Below, piece by piece: positions 1-10,130 of a stretch of 64,000 nucleotides of DNA (the first letter of the stretch is position 1; every line of letters starts with the position of its first letter). The DNA is taken from the sequence record OQ561750; one strand, 5' to 3'. The position numbers were made by a program, and so were the translations under genes. The notes beneath the pieces were generated by a model, which worked only from the letters and a program-made list of their open reading frames with translations, made no database searches and had not been told where the DNA came from. The stretch comes from Escherichia phage LHE83.

Positions 1-1076
1 ATGGTCCCGGCTGCCGGAGATACTTCACTACCTAAACGGCGGTTGATATCAGTAACTTGGAAACGTAAGCCATCACTTGAACTAACACCTACTATGGTTT
101 TAAGGTCATTTACATCAGTACGAAGACCGCTTAAACGTCCATTAATAGAAGTAGGAGTTGATTCAGAACCTATTTGGGTTTCAATTGATGTTACACGAGG
201 TTTTAAATCAACGTTGACTGAATTTTCTAGGGTAAGAGTTTTGCTTTCTAAAGTAGTTACTCGGTCCTTTATAGGCATACCGGAGAAATCAATATCAGCC
301 TTAATTTCGTCGATAGATGTATTAAAATTAATTGCAGCCGTTTCTAATACAGAAATTCGGGTATAAGCCTGTTGTTTACCTACCGTATCGGAATGAGGAC
401 CTAATTCAGCACGAATTTCATTTAATTTAATACCTAGTTGCCCGACGTCAGAATCTTCATAATTCCTTTCAAGGGTATCAATGCGAAGACGATGGTCGAC
501 CAATTGAGTGGTATTATCAATGATGCGACGTTTCATACCAGTGGCTTCGCTGGTTTCACCAGGAGGCAATGGATTGCCATTTATATCCTGGTTTTCATAA
601 TGACCTATTTCGGTTTTAAGAAGAACAATATTTTCACGTAAAGTTAAATATGGGCCGTCTTGTAAAGGGTCATGGTAACCAACGTCTTCTTTTAGGTGGT
701 CTAAATTTATGGTTAAATTGTTTAGCCCAGTAGTGGTTTCGCCTTCTACTCTCTTAAGCTCTACGATATCAACACGGTTTTTCTCAATTTGTTGGATGAC
801 GGAAATATCCGTAGCCATTTCTAAGGCATCATTGATATTATTAACGTTTTCTACCAGTTCGTTAACTTTATCTGCGGTTTTCAAATCATTCGCATCAAGA
901 GCTTCAACGTTTTTCTGAACTCCTAAAGCAGCAGCGTTCAAATTACCTTCATTGCCGTATTTTGTTTTTGCTGCAGACATACAATCACCCTCGCGTATCC
1001 ATTGGATACGCTTTTGAGGAGCATCAGGTACGCCGTCAACAAATGGTAACTCACTAAGTTCCAATTTGTTAATCAT
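1..1076 (-). CDS. wac: Fibritin (whisker antigen control), N-terminal part; gene continues beyond window start
   Basis: ATG at 1076 (minus) 10 nt after gp12 stop; N-terminus MINKLELSELPFVDGVPDAPQKRIQW read from reverse complement, with GQDINGNPL and SGMKRRIIDNT segments resembling T4 fibritin; frame appears open to window edge; absent from ORF track because no stop in window. Confidence 0.7.
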   Translation of the reverse strand, partial: MINKLELSELPFVDGVPDAPQKRIQWIREGDCMSAAKTKYGNEGNLNAAALGVQKNVEALDANDLKTADKVNELVENVNNINDALEMATDISVIQQIEKNRVDIVELKRVEGETTTGLNNLTINLDHLKEDVGYHDPLQDGPYLTLRENIVLLKTEIGHYENQDINGNPLPPGETSEATGMKRRIIDNTTQLVDHRLRIDTLERNYEDSDVGQLGIKLNEIRAELGPHSDTVGKQQAYTRISVLETAAINFNTSIDEIKADIDFSGMPIKDRVTTLESKTLTLENSVNVDLKPRVTSIETQIGSESTPTSINGRLSGLRTDVNDLKTIVGVSSSDGLRFQVTDINRRLGSEVSPAAGT

Positions 1077-1085
1077 TTTTTACCC

Positions 1086-2612
1086 TTATTCTACTTTAAT
1101 AATAAAAAGAACGGACATTGTCCATGGACGTGTTTCGTTGGCAATAAGACCTTCACTATTCAATGTGGTATGTCCATCACGGTTCCAAGGATCGGTGGTC
1201 TCAAAACCTTCGTTGGTATAATAACTACGGTTATCCCAGTCAAGGCCTTTACGAGTACCAACATATCCGGAGTTAGCGGTGTTACCAAAAGCGCCATAGT
1301 TATCATGTTCACCAAAACCACCAGCATGTTTATGATAACGTAATGCTTGGGCTTGAACGGAAGATTGCGGGAAAGAACCAACACCATTACCTAAACGGGC
1401 TTTACCTTTACCGTCTTCTCCTCGGTTACCGGCAATATGCGGGTTAACTTCGCCTTCAGAATATCCACCGACCATGTTAGCGCCACGAGGATATAATCCA
1501 CGGAAATCTGGAATAGCACCCCACCATCCCCAACGCCCACCAACAGCATTTAAATATGCACCACCAGTGTAAGTCCCACCTACACAAGCACGCCATTTAC
1601 CAGGTATATTACCTTCATTGCCACCCCACATGCAAATAGTACCCACCGGAACGCTATCTGATAATTGGTCATGGGTAACAACATCAACACCATTACGACG
1701 TAATGCTCCATTAACGTTTAAAGTACCCCATATTTCGCCGCCTGAAGTAGAAATAACGTTAGCATTATAAGCCAGCGCCGTATTACCATCGCCTTGGCCT
1801 ACAGTAGTAGATAAACGAACCAACCCAATACGTCCAGTATTACCTGTACGAGCTAACAAAGAAGCCGGTGTAACTGCGGCGGTATGGTCGGTACCATTAG
1901 ATACCATATCCCAACCTGCGAGTTTAATAATACCGCTTCGTTCTTCGGTGGAAGTTAATGTGGCTAATCCTGCCGGAGAAATAGCGATACCTACAGAAAG
2001 ATTTCCATTACCAACTTCAGCATTAGTCGCTAAACGAACTAAACCTTCATTTGTAGTCGTTGCCGTAGAATAAACCGGTAAAGCTGCTGTCGCTGCACCA
2101 ATTGCTTGCGATACTTTAAGTGGGGACATCGCTGTGGTATCATCGGTACCAGCTAATGCAGCAGGTGTAGTTGAAATCTTGATAACGCCTGTGGCGTTCT
2201 CTGTTGATAAACGGTTCTCAAATGTATAATCCATTACCGCTTTCAAAGAGGTTGCTACGATTGCGGCCTGGGGCTCTGTGCCTGCTATAGCTTCAGCGTT
2301 AGTAGCGTAACGGGTGATACCTACATAAGTTTCTGTTGCCTGAGTAGGAATATCTAAACGGGCTTTTAAAGTTGCTGGGGTCACTGCACTATAAGCATCC
2401 AATCCATCCATTACTTCTTGTGTTGTGGCCAGACGAATAATACCTTGGGATGTTTCTGTGGCTGAAGGAACATTACCTGTGACACCGATTAATGAAATAG
2501 TTGCCAATGCTTCTTGAACATTAGTAATATCAGGCGGGAAATTCGACCCAGTAGGGTCGAATGATTTGAATTCCGATTTATCACTAATGTGTTTTAGTGT
2601 GTTTGTTGACAT
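1086..2612 (-). CDS. 12: Short tail fibre protein gp12
   Basis: 508 aa; position after gp11 in conserved order; His-rich HKHAGGFGEHDNYG segment near C-terminus consistent with gp12 metal-binding receptor domain. Confidence 0.75.
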   Translation of the reverse strand: MSTNTLKHISDKSEFKSFDPTGSNFPPDITNVQEALATISLIGVTGNVPSATETSQGIIRLATTQEVMDGLDAYSAVTPATLKARLDIPTQATETYVGITRYATNAEAIAGTEPQAAIVATSLKAVMDYTFENRLSTENATGVIKISTTPAALAGTDDTTAMSPLKVSQAIGAATAALPVYSTATTTNEGLVRLATNAEVGNGNLSVGIAISPAGLATLTSTEERSGIIKLAGWDMVSNGTDHTAAVTPASLLARTGNTGRIGLVRLSTTVGQGDGNTALAYNANVISTSGGEIWGTLNVNGALRRNGVDVVTHDQLSDSVPVGTICMWGGNEGNIPGKWRACVGGTYTGGAYLNAVGGRWGWWGAIPDFRGLYPRGANMVGGYSEGEVNPHIAGNRGEDGKGKARLGNGVGSFPQSSVQAQALRYHKHAGGFGEHDNYGAFGNTANSGYVGTRKGLDWDNRSYYTNEGFETTDPWNRDGHTTLNSEGLIANETRPWTMSVLFIIKVE

Positions 2613-3277
2613 TAATATAATCTCTTATAGTAATATAAAGGAATCGTGCCGTTAACTGTACCACCTGCTAACGATTGGGTAGAGTTACCTAAGTATTCCC
2701 ACTTACCGTATCCAGCCCTTGGCTGTTGGACTATAGTATGGGAAATTGTACAACCCGATTGTTTATATGGTGAAAAAATATGATTCTGATAGTCATTGTA
2801 TTTAATATTCAAGGTAGATTGGTCTAAGGCATCAATAGCAGTTTCGGCCAAAATATAGCTATTAGCAATAGCGTCTAAAAACACATCATTTACTTTAGAT
2901 GCAACCAATACAGATGAATCGCCAACTAAGACCTCTACAGGAAGCCCAAACACTTTAATAATAACCGGGTCGCCAAGTTCACCGCCCGAAGAAATAGAAC
3001 CGGTAAATGTAATTTTATCAGATTGTTGGATAAATCCAGGTGCTCTGTTTTCTGTGGTAATAATAACAGAGTTCACAGGAAGCTCTGTTCTAAATGCAAT
3101 ATCATCTATTGCACTTTGGACCGTAGGAAAATAAACACCCTTCTGGGTTTGGTTTGCAGAAGGGCCACCAATAGGTCGTTGGTCAGCGACAGCAGTAGGC
3201 TTGTCACTGGTATAAGATAATTCCAAATAATCAGCTAAGCGGGATTTTAACCCGCTTTTCATTTCAGTTAAAGTCAT
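2612..3277 (-). CDS. 11: Baseplate wedge protein gp11
   Basis: 221 aa (T4 gp11 219 aa); start/stop overlap with gp10 and gp12; synteny. Confidence 0.7.
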   Translation of the reverse strand: MTLTEMKSGLKSRLADYLELSYTSDKPTAVADQRPIGGPSANQTQKGVYFPTVQSAIDDIAFRTELPVNSVIITTENRAPGFIQQSDKITFTGSISSGGELGDPVIIKVFGLPVEVLVGDSSVLVASKVNDVFLDAIANSYILAETAIDALDQSTLNIKYNDYQNHIFSPYKQSGCTISHTIVQQPRAGYGKWEYLGNSTQSLAGGTVNGTIPLYYYKRLY

Positions 3278-5088
3278 TATGCAATCCTCATCCAGCGATG
3301 AACAGTTAAGTATGGTGGTAGAGTATTAACCGGGATAGGAGTGGTTCCTTGAGCCTTATTAATACCGGCTTTATCTTCACGATATTTTGTATAAGCTGGT
3401 CCTTGTGAATCAGGGTCAACTAAACATCCACCTACAAAAATAGGGCCATCGTTATCAGCAATAAGGACTTTATCATCGGTATTAAGTTCAGGGATATTCT
3501 CATATTTCAAATTAGCCACATGAGCACCACCAGTACCACCGGCAGTTGACTGTGGAATACCAGCAGAATCCAGATCGTTATTATTTGCATTAAACAAAGA
3601 AGCCGCGTCTGGAGACCAACCTACCAAGAACACATCAGATAAACGCTTCCATGAACCAAAGCCCATATAAGTTTTAGGGTTATTAGGGTTCACCGTGTTC
3701 TCATAGATAGTTCCTATAGGGTAAATTAAATCAAAAAATGTTGCTGCTGTGTCTATTGTAATATTAGACGAGGCAACCGGCTCAACGTTAGGTGCAAAAG
3801 GATTATCTACATCAGTAATACGAACCTGGCCTGTTATATTAATAGATGGGCCTTTAGAAATATAGATGTTGTTGGTGTAATCCAAAATCTCATCAATTTC
3901 CATGGTAGTACCGATATCATTATTGTACCAAATTACTGTAAGAATATCACCATGTTCAAAGTTACGTCCAAATTCGATGGATTCAATCTTGTCTTCAGGA
4001 GTCAAATTAAAAATATAGTCTGATTTAGATTGGGTCCATTGACCACCTGCATTAAAACACTCGGTAGCAGTACGACCATCAGCACCTTCACAATAAAACG
4101 AAGGAAGTCCTGCCGTACCAGCTTGATGAAGTAATGTGCTATTCAGCATAACTTGGCAAGCATTTGGGTTGATAGGACTATTAACAGAAATATTCAAATC
4201 TGCGGCCGATATAACATGCGAAGTATTCAAATCAGCCACGAAAGAAGAACCAGGAACAGAAACGTTTTTAGTCAATTCTGAACTTTGGATTGTTATATCA
4301 CGGCGGTTATAAGAACTGCGCCATTGAGCAAGCCCGTCATTATATGATTTGATAATAACAGTATCACCTGCTTCACAAGGATATTTTAAACGGATGTCTT
4401 TACCATTCAAGGCAACCAATTCACCTGGTTGAGCACCCGGAGAACCGAACTCTGCAGTAGCCGCATCAAAAATATCATCAACACCGTAGAACAAATTGTT
4501 ACCACGTTGCGAAACGCTTAAACTTGCTACGTTATAAGAAAGCCCTGGGAAAATGTCTAGAAAATCTGTTTGGCCTTCAGTGGCAATAAACTGCTTAGTT
4601 GCTACAGTAGCGAGGTCGTTATTTGGAATACGGTTTACTTGCTTATTTTCAACGTATTCCCATCGTCCTGGGGCACAATAAACTAATTCAAGGTCCGAGA
4701 AGTTGCGAGCAATTTCTACTTGAGTAGCTGAACCCTTAATGGTATCACCCGTGGCAGGGATTAGGGTTACAGGGTTAGCTTGCCATGAGGAATACACGTC
4801 ACGTACACGGATAACAAAGTTATATTCTTCAGGAGAGCCTTTAGGAAGCTGAACGTTAATACGCCCACCTTGAGTATTAAGGGTATAGCTATGACCCATT
4901 ACGGCGTTCAACAAAGCACCATCTTCAGTAGAATGTTGTTTCCAAGCACCTGCTGCATGTGGGTTATTGCCATCGCCTAATTGGTAATAAAGCTCATTGA
5001 AGTTGTTATTAATTTTAAGACCACCTGCGCGCAGGTAATCACCGGACCCGTCATCAACAGCGGAACCTACTTTTAAGTCTTGTTTCAT
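3277..5088 (-). CDS. 10: Baseplate wedge protein gp10
   Basis: 603 aa (T4 gp10 602 aa); synteny, translational coupling to gp9 and gp11. Confidence 0.7.
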   Translation of the reverse strand: MKQDLKVGSAVDDGSGDYLRAGGLKINNNFNELYYQLGDGNNPHAAGAWKQHSTEDGALLNAVMGHSYTLNTQGGRINVQLPKGSPEEYNFVIRVRDVYSSWQANPVTLIPATGDTIKGSATQVEIARNFSDLELVYCAPGRWEYVENKQVNRIPNNDLATVATKQFIATEGQTDFLDIFPGLSYNVASLSVSQRGNNLFYGVDDIFDAATAEFGSPGAQPGELVALNGKDIRLKYPCEAGDTVIIKSYNDGLAQWRSSYNRRDITIQSSELTKNVSVPGSSFVADLNTSHVISAADLNISVNSPINPNACQVMLNSTLLHQAGTAGLPSFYCEGADGRTATECFNAGGQWTQSKSDYIFNLTPEDKIESIEFGRNFEHGDILTVIWYNNDIGTTMEIDEILDYTNNIYISKGPSINITGQVRITDVDNPFAPNVEPVASSNITIDTAATFFDLIYPIGTIYENTVNPNNPKTYMGFGSWKRLSDVFLVGWSPDAASLFNANNNDLDSAGIPQSTAGGTGGAHVANLKYENIPELNTDDKVLIADNDGPIFVGGCLVDPDSQGPAYTKYREDKAGINKAQGTTPIPVNTLPPYLTVHRWMRIA

Positions 5089-5948
5089 TATACTGGAACT
5101 CCAATAGTTTGGGTTTCTACGACCTTAATTGCAAGCCTCATAGGGTTGACAGAAGAAGCGGTCGCGATAATATAGTTTGATGTATCGAATTTAAAATCTA
5201 GAGAATAAATTTCGTCATCATCTGAAGTTTGTCCACGTTTAATAACACCGTATTCAGTGGAATAAATCTTTTTAGCTTGGTTGTCGATAAACACAAGATA
5301 TTCTGAAGCTTTGTAAATGGTTTCATTAGCATTCACTGCCGTAACTAAAAGTTTGAGCAATGAGTACTGGCCGGAATAAACCACCGGGATATCACGAGCG
5401 ACAGAAGATATATTATATGTCTTATTTAATGGAACTCGTTTATCGCCAAACATACTTTCAATTGAATAATCCCATACCGCAACGCCGTTTGTATCCGATA
5501 CACACCATAAAAGAACTCGTGTATAAGGTGTTACGATGCGCAAAGTCGAAGTTGAATGGCTTGCAAAAGTATCCAATATACGGATTTCAAGATAATTAGT
5601 GGAAGAAATACTTCCATTAGAGTTGATAATCTCGATTCCTTCACCGACTGCACCTTTTACAGTGGTTAATACGATAGAACCGGTAGAAGCATCGATATCT
5701 ACCAAGGAGCCTAAATCAACTGAACTTGCTTGGTCGGTATCACCAAATTTTTGATAGTAGCCTGTAGCGTGTAATTTCTGACCTGTTAATTCGCCGGTTA
5801 AAGCAGTTTTACGTTGGTCGCCAAAAGTATTATAGATGTTGTTTAAGTCAGTGTTCAGTTTAACACCGCCGTCATAAAGAATGTCGCCGGTGCTGGCATT
5901 ACCAATTTCACCGACGTCAATTAGTTCTTTACCAGTTTGCTTAATCAT
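5088..5948 (-). CDS. 9: Baseplate wedge / long-tail-fibre attachment protein gp9
   Basis: 286 aa (T4 gp9 288 aa); synteny. Confidence 0.7.
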   Translation of the reverse strand: MIKQTGKELIDVGEIGNASTGDILYDGGVKLNTDLNNIYNTFGDQRKTALTGELTGQKLHATGYYQKFGDTDQASSVDLGSLVDIDASTGSIVLTTVKGAVGEGIEIINSNGSISSTNYLEIRILDTFASHSTSTLRIVTPYTRVLLWCVSDTNGVAVWDYSIESMFGDKRVPLNKTYNISSVARDIPVVYSGQYSLLKLLVTAVNANETIYKASEYLVFIDNQAKKIYSTEYGVIKRGQTSDDDEIYSLDFKFDTSNYIIATASSVNPMRLAIKVVETQTIGVPV

Positions 5949-5993
5949 AGGTATGCCTCATTATTGATATACTGTATTTATTAAACCCCGAAA

Positions 5994-6007
5994 GGGCCTT
6001 GCGGCCC
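5994..6007 (-). terminator. GC hairpin (GGGCC-N4-GGCCC) followed by U-rich tract between gp8 and gp9; possible attenuator/terminator or RNA-stabilising stem
   Basis: Perfect 5-bp GC stem seen directly after gp8 stop on the minus strand; U-run is interrupted so termination efficiency is uncertain. Confidence 0.35.
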
Positions 6008-6010
6008 TTA

Positions 6011-7015
6011 TTAGAATTCGAAGATAATGTTAATTTCTTCTGTTTGGTCCATGGAACGAATAACCGGAGGACGGTTTTCCATATAAATCATTTCACCTGA
6101 ATGGCGGGAGAGGTCTATAACATCATAGTACTCTTTTTCGGCTTTAATGATCGGATCGGATGGGTGAGCTTTAGCTTCTAATGGATTAGAAATTATCGAA
6201 AGCTGTCTAAATCCTTTGTTACCAGGAAGACTAAATTCAGGGAAGTAAACTGAATCTAAGAATGCTTTAAAACGAATGGTATTGCCTTTAATACGATAAA
6301 TCAATCCATAATCGTCTTGCTGCCAAGTAAGATTATTCTCGTATCCCCAACGTTCTGGGTCTTCAGCAATTTCTTCTGGCCATGGAACCACAATATATTC
6401 ATTAGTGCAACGGTTGATACTTACATCAGGTGGAATCTCATACAAATATTCCCAGAGATAACCATCTCCTGTATCAACCATACCTTCCGTATCGCCTTGT
6501 CCTGCAGGGGCTTTAACCGACTGTACATTTGAAGTCCATTTACCACCAAGTTTAATACACTCGGTTTTATTATCAAGGGATAAAATAGAACATGTACCTG
6601 ATTCAGGAATATCTACACAACGATAAACCATCCATCCGGCGCCGACATCAGTACGGTTTTGCGGCTGGCTGTTCGCCACTACAATTTCACCAATCTGGAA
6701 AGTAAACGGGTTAGGATAAGAGGTGTCACCCCAGTCTTTGCGAGGGACAACACAATCCAGCATACTCTTATAAACCTTAACACAACCCATCATGTTGGTC
6801 CAGACGTCTTCTACGCCTTCAGAATCATCTACAGGATATGGTGGTGCAAAACCTGGGTCATTTTCGTTATCGGCCCATGGTCGGGCCCTTCCGAAAGATA
6901 CATACATAGTGTTCTGGTCTTCACCATCACCTATTGTTCTGTAAAAGTTGTACATTTTTTCCGTTCTAAATTTTGAAGTAACAATAGAACGGTAAACTAC
7001 TGTAGAATTAATCAT
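6011..7015 (-). CDS. 8: Baseplate wedge protein gp8
   Basis: 334 aa, identical in length to T4 gp8; synteny. Confidence 0.75.
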   Translation of the reverse strand: MINSTVVYRSIVTSKFRTEKMYNFYRTIGDGEDQNTMYVSFGRARPWADNENDPGFAPPYPVDDSEGVEDVWTNMMGCVKVYKSMLDCVVPRKDWGDTSYPNPFTFQIGEIVVANSQPQNRTDVGAGWMVYRCVDIPESGTCSILSLDNKTECIKLGGKWTSNVQSVKAPAGQGDTEGMVDTGDGYLWEYLYEIPPDVSINRCTNEYIVVPWPEEIAEDPERWGYENNLTWQQDDYGLIYRIKGNTIRFKAFLDSVYFPEFSLPGNKGFRQLSIISNPLEAKAHPSDPIIKAEKEYYDVIDLSRHSGEMIYMENRPPVIRSMDQTEEINIIFEF

Positions 7016-10000
7016 TAATTTTTACCTGAGTTGGAACTTTAGGGTCTCTAGGATTTCCAATATCGTCTTTAAGACGTTTATCAACCAGTGCACGCCAATT
7101 GGCAAAGGTCACAGCACTTTGGTCAAACAATGGACTATGCTTTTTAATACGTTCGTGTGGTAATTGACCTTGGAATACAGAGAAATCGTTTTCTGCATCA
7201 TAATCGGCAGGAATATCAAACGGTTCACCTGCTTTAGGGCCGACGTTGTACATCGGAGCACCTGTACGAGGGTCTCGTTCTATATTACCATCAAAACCTA
7301 TTACAGCAACTCTATCATACCATTCAGATGGCAAACCAGAGTCCCATTTGTAGTTCTTAAGGACATTAATAATAGTTTCTGTATGTTTTAGCGTTAAACC
7401 AACGTTAACAAACATAGAAAGCAAAGTTATACCTACAAAGCCGAAACCTACCGGATGGACAAATCTCAAAACATCGTTGCGATAACGAGAGGTAGGGAGA
7501 TTAGACTTAATAGTCATCACATAATAAGAACGGTTACGGTTGATATAGTCGATATTGTTACTCAAAAGCTCTTTACCACGTACGCCCTGAACAATCATAC
7601 CCTTGAACGAAGTACGTTCAGATTTAATTTCCTGTCCAACTATAAAACGACCTAAAAGATTATGAATGGTTAAACGCCATTGCAGTTTACCATCTTTATA
7701 ATTTCGTTCTATATAAGTAACATTACTACGACCCGTAGGAGTATAAATCGTTTGGCCTACGATATCTTCACTGATATTATCGGATTCTACGATGATATCA
7801 TATTCGATAGAGTTCTTGGACTCGATATCAATTTCGACATCTTCGTTGTAAAGCAATTTAAACAGGAATTTATATGAAGCTTCGGTACCTTTTGTAGACC
7901 AAAAATCGGTTTGGCGCGCCTGGAAAAAACGAACTACTTCGTCGCGTTTTTCTTTCGACAAATAGATATTACGCTTATAGATTTCCGACCACAAATATTC
8001 CCATGAATCTTCTTCACGTGGGTATTGGTTACGAATAAGATTCAACAAATTATTATAGTGTGTACCTGAGCCATCACTAATAAATTGGAGATAGTATTCG
8101 CAGAATTTTTCAAAGTTGCTATCTTGAAGCAAATAACTATCTGGAATCATTTTAACCAGTAAAGGCTGGAGGTCCGGGTCTTGCTCACCAACTTCCTCTT
8201 TGGGTTTCCACGGGATTTCATGTTCTTGGTTTTGCAATTCAGCCGTAAACATAATTTCTTTAGGCTTCCAAATAACACGGACTTCATCGCGTACACGATA
8301 GTCGAATTCAAAATATCCAACCAATTCACCTGTAGATTTGTGAATCATCATTCCGGAAGAATATTTCTTAAAGCCGTTGAACTCTATATTAGGAGATGTG
8401 ACTTTACAAAAACCTTTATTCCAAATCTCATGAACAATACGTTCAGGTGAAGAACCACTGTTCAGGTCGATAATTTTCTGGTATAAAGCATCATTATAAA
8501 CAACCATCGCATGGTCGCTAGTAGTAATCCACGAACGGGTTCCATCGCGTCGAGACCAACTAAAAAATGGTTCGGCATAATAAGCCATACGCCCAGGTTT
8601 AAATTCTTTGAAATCGGATTTAGAGTTAGACCTAAAACTCATCATCAAATAATGTTTATCGTGAATCCATTGTTCATCTTTAACATATTTAACGGCGGAG
8701 GTGACAATTTCAGGGTATTCCAAAGGAAGCTCAGAATCAACCTCTACTTCATATCTAAAGTTGCTTGAACTGAAAAATAATTCCTCTCCATCAGTAGACA
8801 TGCTGGTATATCCATGCTCTATACGACGACGTTCTTCTTCAGTGTTTCCAAATACACGGGTCCATGTATCAGTTGAAGTGTCTAACCAATAAACACCTTT
8901 GGATTCAGAATCAACCACATTGGATTCGACCGTAGGGTCCATTTTTTCTTCTTTAACTTCACCTGTAATTAAAGCAAATGTATGGCCTTGGATAGAATCT
9001 AATTTATAACAAACTGCTTTAGGGTTCCCTGTGATAGTCGAATATCCGCTTTCAAATATCTTCTCTCCATAAGTCGGAGAACTAGGGTCGGTGTCTATAG
9101 GTGCCTCAGATGTTTTTGCTTTATAAACTCTGTCTCTACCTGCAACATAAATGAAATCATCAGAAGCGCATATAGCTTCAGCAATAGTGGAAATAGGCAA
9201 AGGAAGTTTTGCATATGACCCAAATATCTCGATTTCAAATGGAAGGTCGATATCACTACCTATTTTAGCAAATGTTATATCTTGGGAGCTAAAACGGACA
9301 TCATCAGCAGACCAACGAATATCACTTGATTTACGTCCGTAAAATATTTGGTCATAACCTAGAACATACGTAGTAGTTTCAGTTTGGTAATGTGCTGTAC
9401 GCGAAACAGGGTTACCTACTCGGTCATTAAACAAACGGATATAATGCCAGTTCTGCCCTTTATCATTAGAAACCTTAGCAGTACTTTGGAATCTTTCTAA
9501 AAGGTAAAGTACACCACCAAGTTCCATTAAAATAGAACGTTTAGGGTCTTTACAAACCGCTTGGATGCTTCCTTGGATTTCATGGAAACGGTCGGCTTTT
9601 AAAACATAATTTGATATAGATGACAAATGCGAATACGCTGGCGTAAAGTTAAAATCTTCCGTCATTAAGGAAGCCATAATGGCATCGGTATTAAAGTTCA
9701 CATAATTCTGATTATTTTTTGTGAATTTTTCTTCAATAAATTTATTAGACAAAGTGAATTCGCGCATATGCTCAAATGTATATGCGTTGGTAGAGAAAGT
9801 TTCAAATTCTTCAGTGTAAACCCATTCGGACTGCTCAAACCCCTGGGCGGCCACCGCAACTCGCATTTTATAAAATGAATTAGGAGAAATGAATGCCTCT
9901 TCAAACCATTCGTTATTAGGGGTGTAACCTAAATTTCTCCAAAATAATCTATCGTCGGGAATTTCTACACCCGCATCCTTCGTTTGGGCCAGTTCTACGA

Positions 10001-10103
10001 AATAATAGAAGTTGGCGCCTACGTCATCCCAAAGAATGCTCACATGGTTAGCCGAGAGTTTATCAATTCTCAGACTAGTAACATAAGGCGCTTGTACAGA
10101 CAT
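7008..10103 (-). CDS. 7: Baseplate wedge protein gp7
   Basis: 1031 aa (T4 gp7 1032 aa); synteny. Confidence 0.75.
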   Translation of the reverse strand: MSVQAPYVTSLRIDKLSANHVSILWDDVGANFYYFVELAQTKDAGVEIPDDRLFWRNLGYTPNNEWFEEAFISPNSFYKMRVAVAAQGFEQSEWVYTEEFETFSTNAYTFEHMREFTLSNKFIEEKFTKNNQNYVNFNTDAIMASLMTEDFNFTPAYSHLSSISNYVLKADRFHEIQGSIQAVCKDPKRSILMELGGVLYLLERFQSTAKVSNDKGQNWHYIRLFNDRVGNPVSRTAHYQTETTTYVLGYDQIFYGRKSSDIRWSADDVRFSSQDITFAKIGSDIDLPFEIEIFGSYAKLPLPISTIAEAICASDDFIYVAGRDRVYKAKTSEAPIDTDPSSPTYGEKIFESGYSTITGNPKAVCYKLDSIQGHTFALITGEVKEEKMDPTVESNVVDSESKGVYWLDTSTDTWTRVFGNTEEERRRIEHGYTSMSTDGEELFFSSSNFRYEVEVDSELPLEYPEIVTSAVKYVKDEQWIHDKHYLMMSFRSNSKSDFKEFKPGRMAYYAEPFFSWSRRDGTRSWITTSDHAMVVYNDALYQKIIDLNSGSSPERIVHEIWNKGFCKVTSPNIEFNGFKKYSSGMMIHKSTGELVGYFEFDYRVRDEVRVIWKPKEIMFTAELQNQEHEIPWKPKEEVGEQDPDLQPLLVKMIPDSYLLQDSNFEKFCEYYLQFISDGSGTHYNNLLNLIRNQYPREEDSWEYLWSEIYKRNIYLSKEKRDEVVRFFQARQTDFWSTKGTEASYKFLFKLLYNEDVEIDIESKNSIEYDIIVESDNISEDIVGQTIYTPTGRSNVTYIERNYKDGKLQWRLTIHNLLGRFIVGQEIKSERTSFKGMIVQGVRGKELLSNNIDYINRNRSYYVMTIKSNLPTSRYRNDVLRFVHPVGFGFVGITLLSMFVNVGLTLKHTETIINVLKNYKWDSGLPSEWYDRVAVIGFDGNIERDPRTGAPMYNVGPKAGEPFDIPADYDAENDFSVFQGQLPHERIKKHSPLFDQSAVTFANWRALVDKRLKDDIGNPRDPKVPTQVKIND

Positions 10104-10130
10104 TAAATCTCCTTAAACCTCCGAAGAGGT

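Noticed and set aside
1-918. Plus-strand ORFs 1-366, 438-641 and 709-918
   Set aside because: They lie antisense within the minus-strand wac (fibritin) coding region, have no RBS and low-complexity translations; treated as spurious
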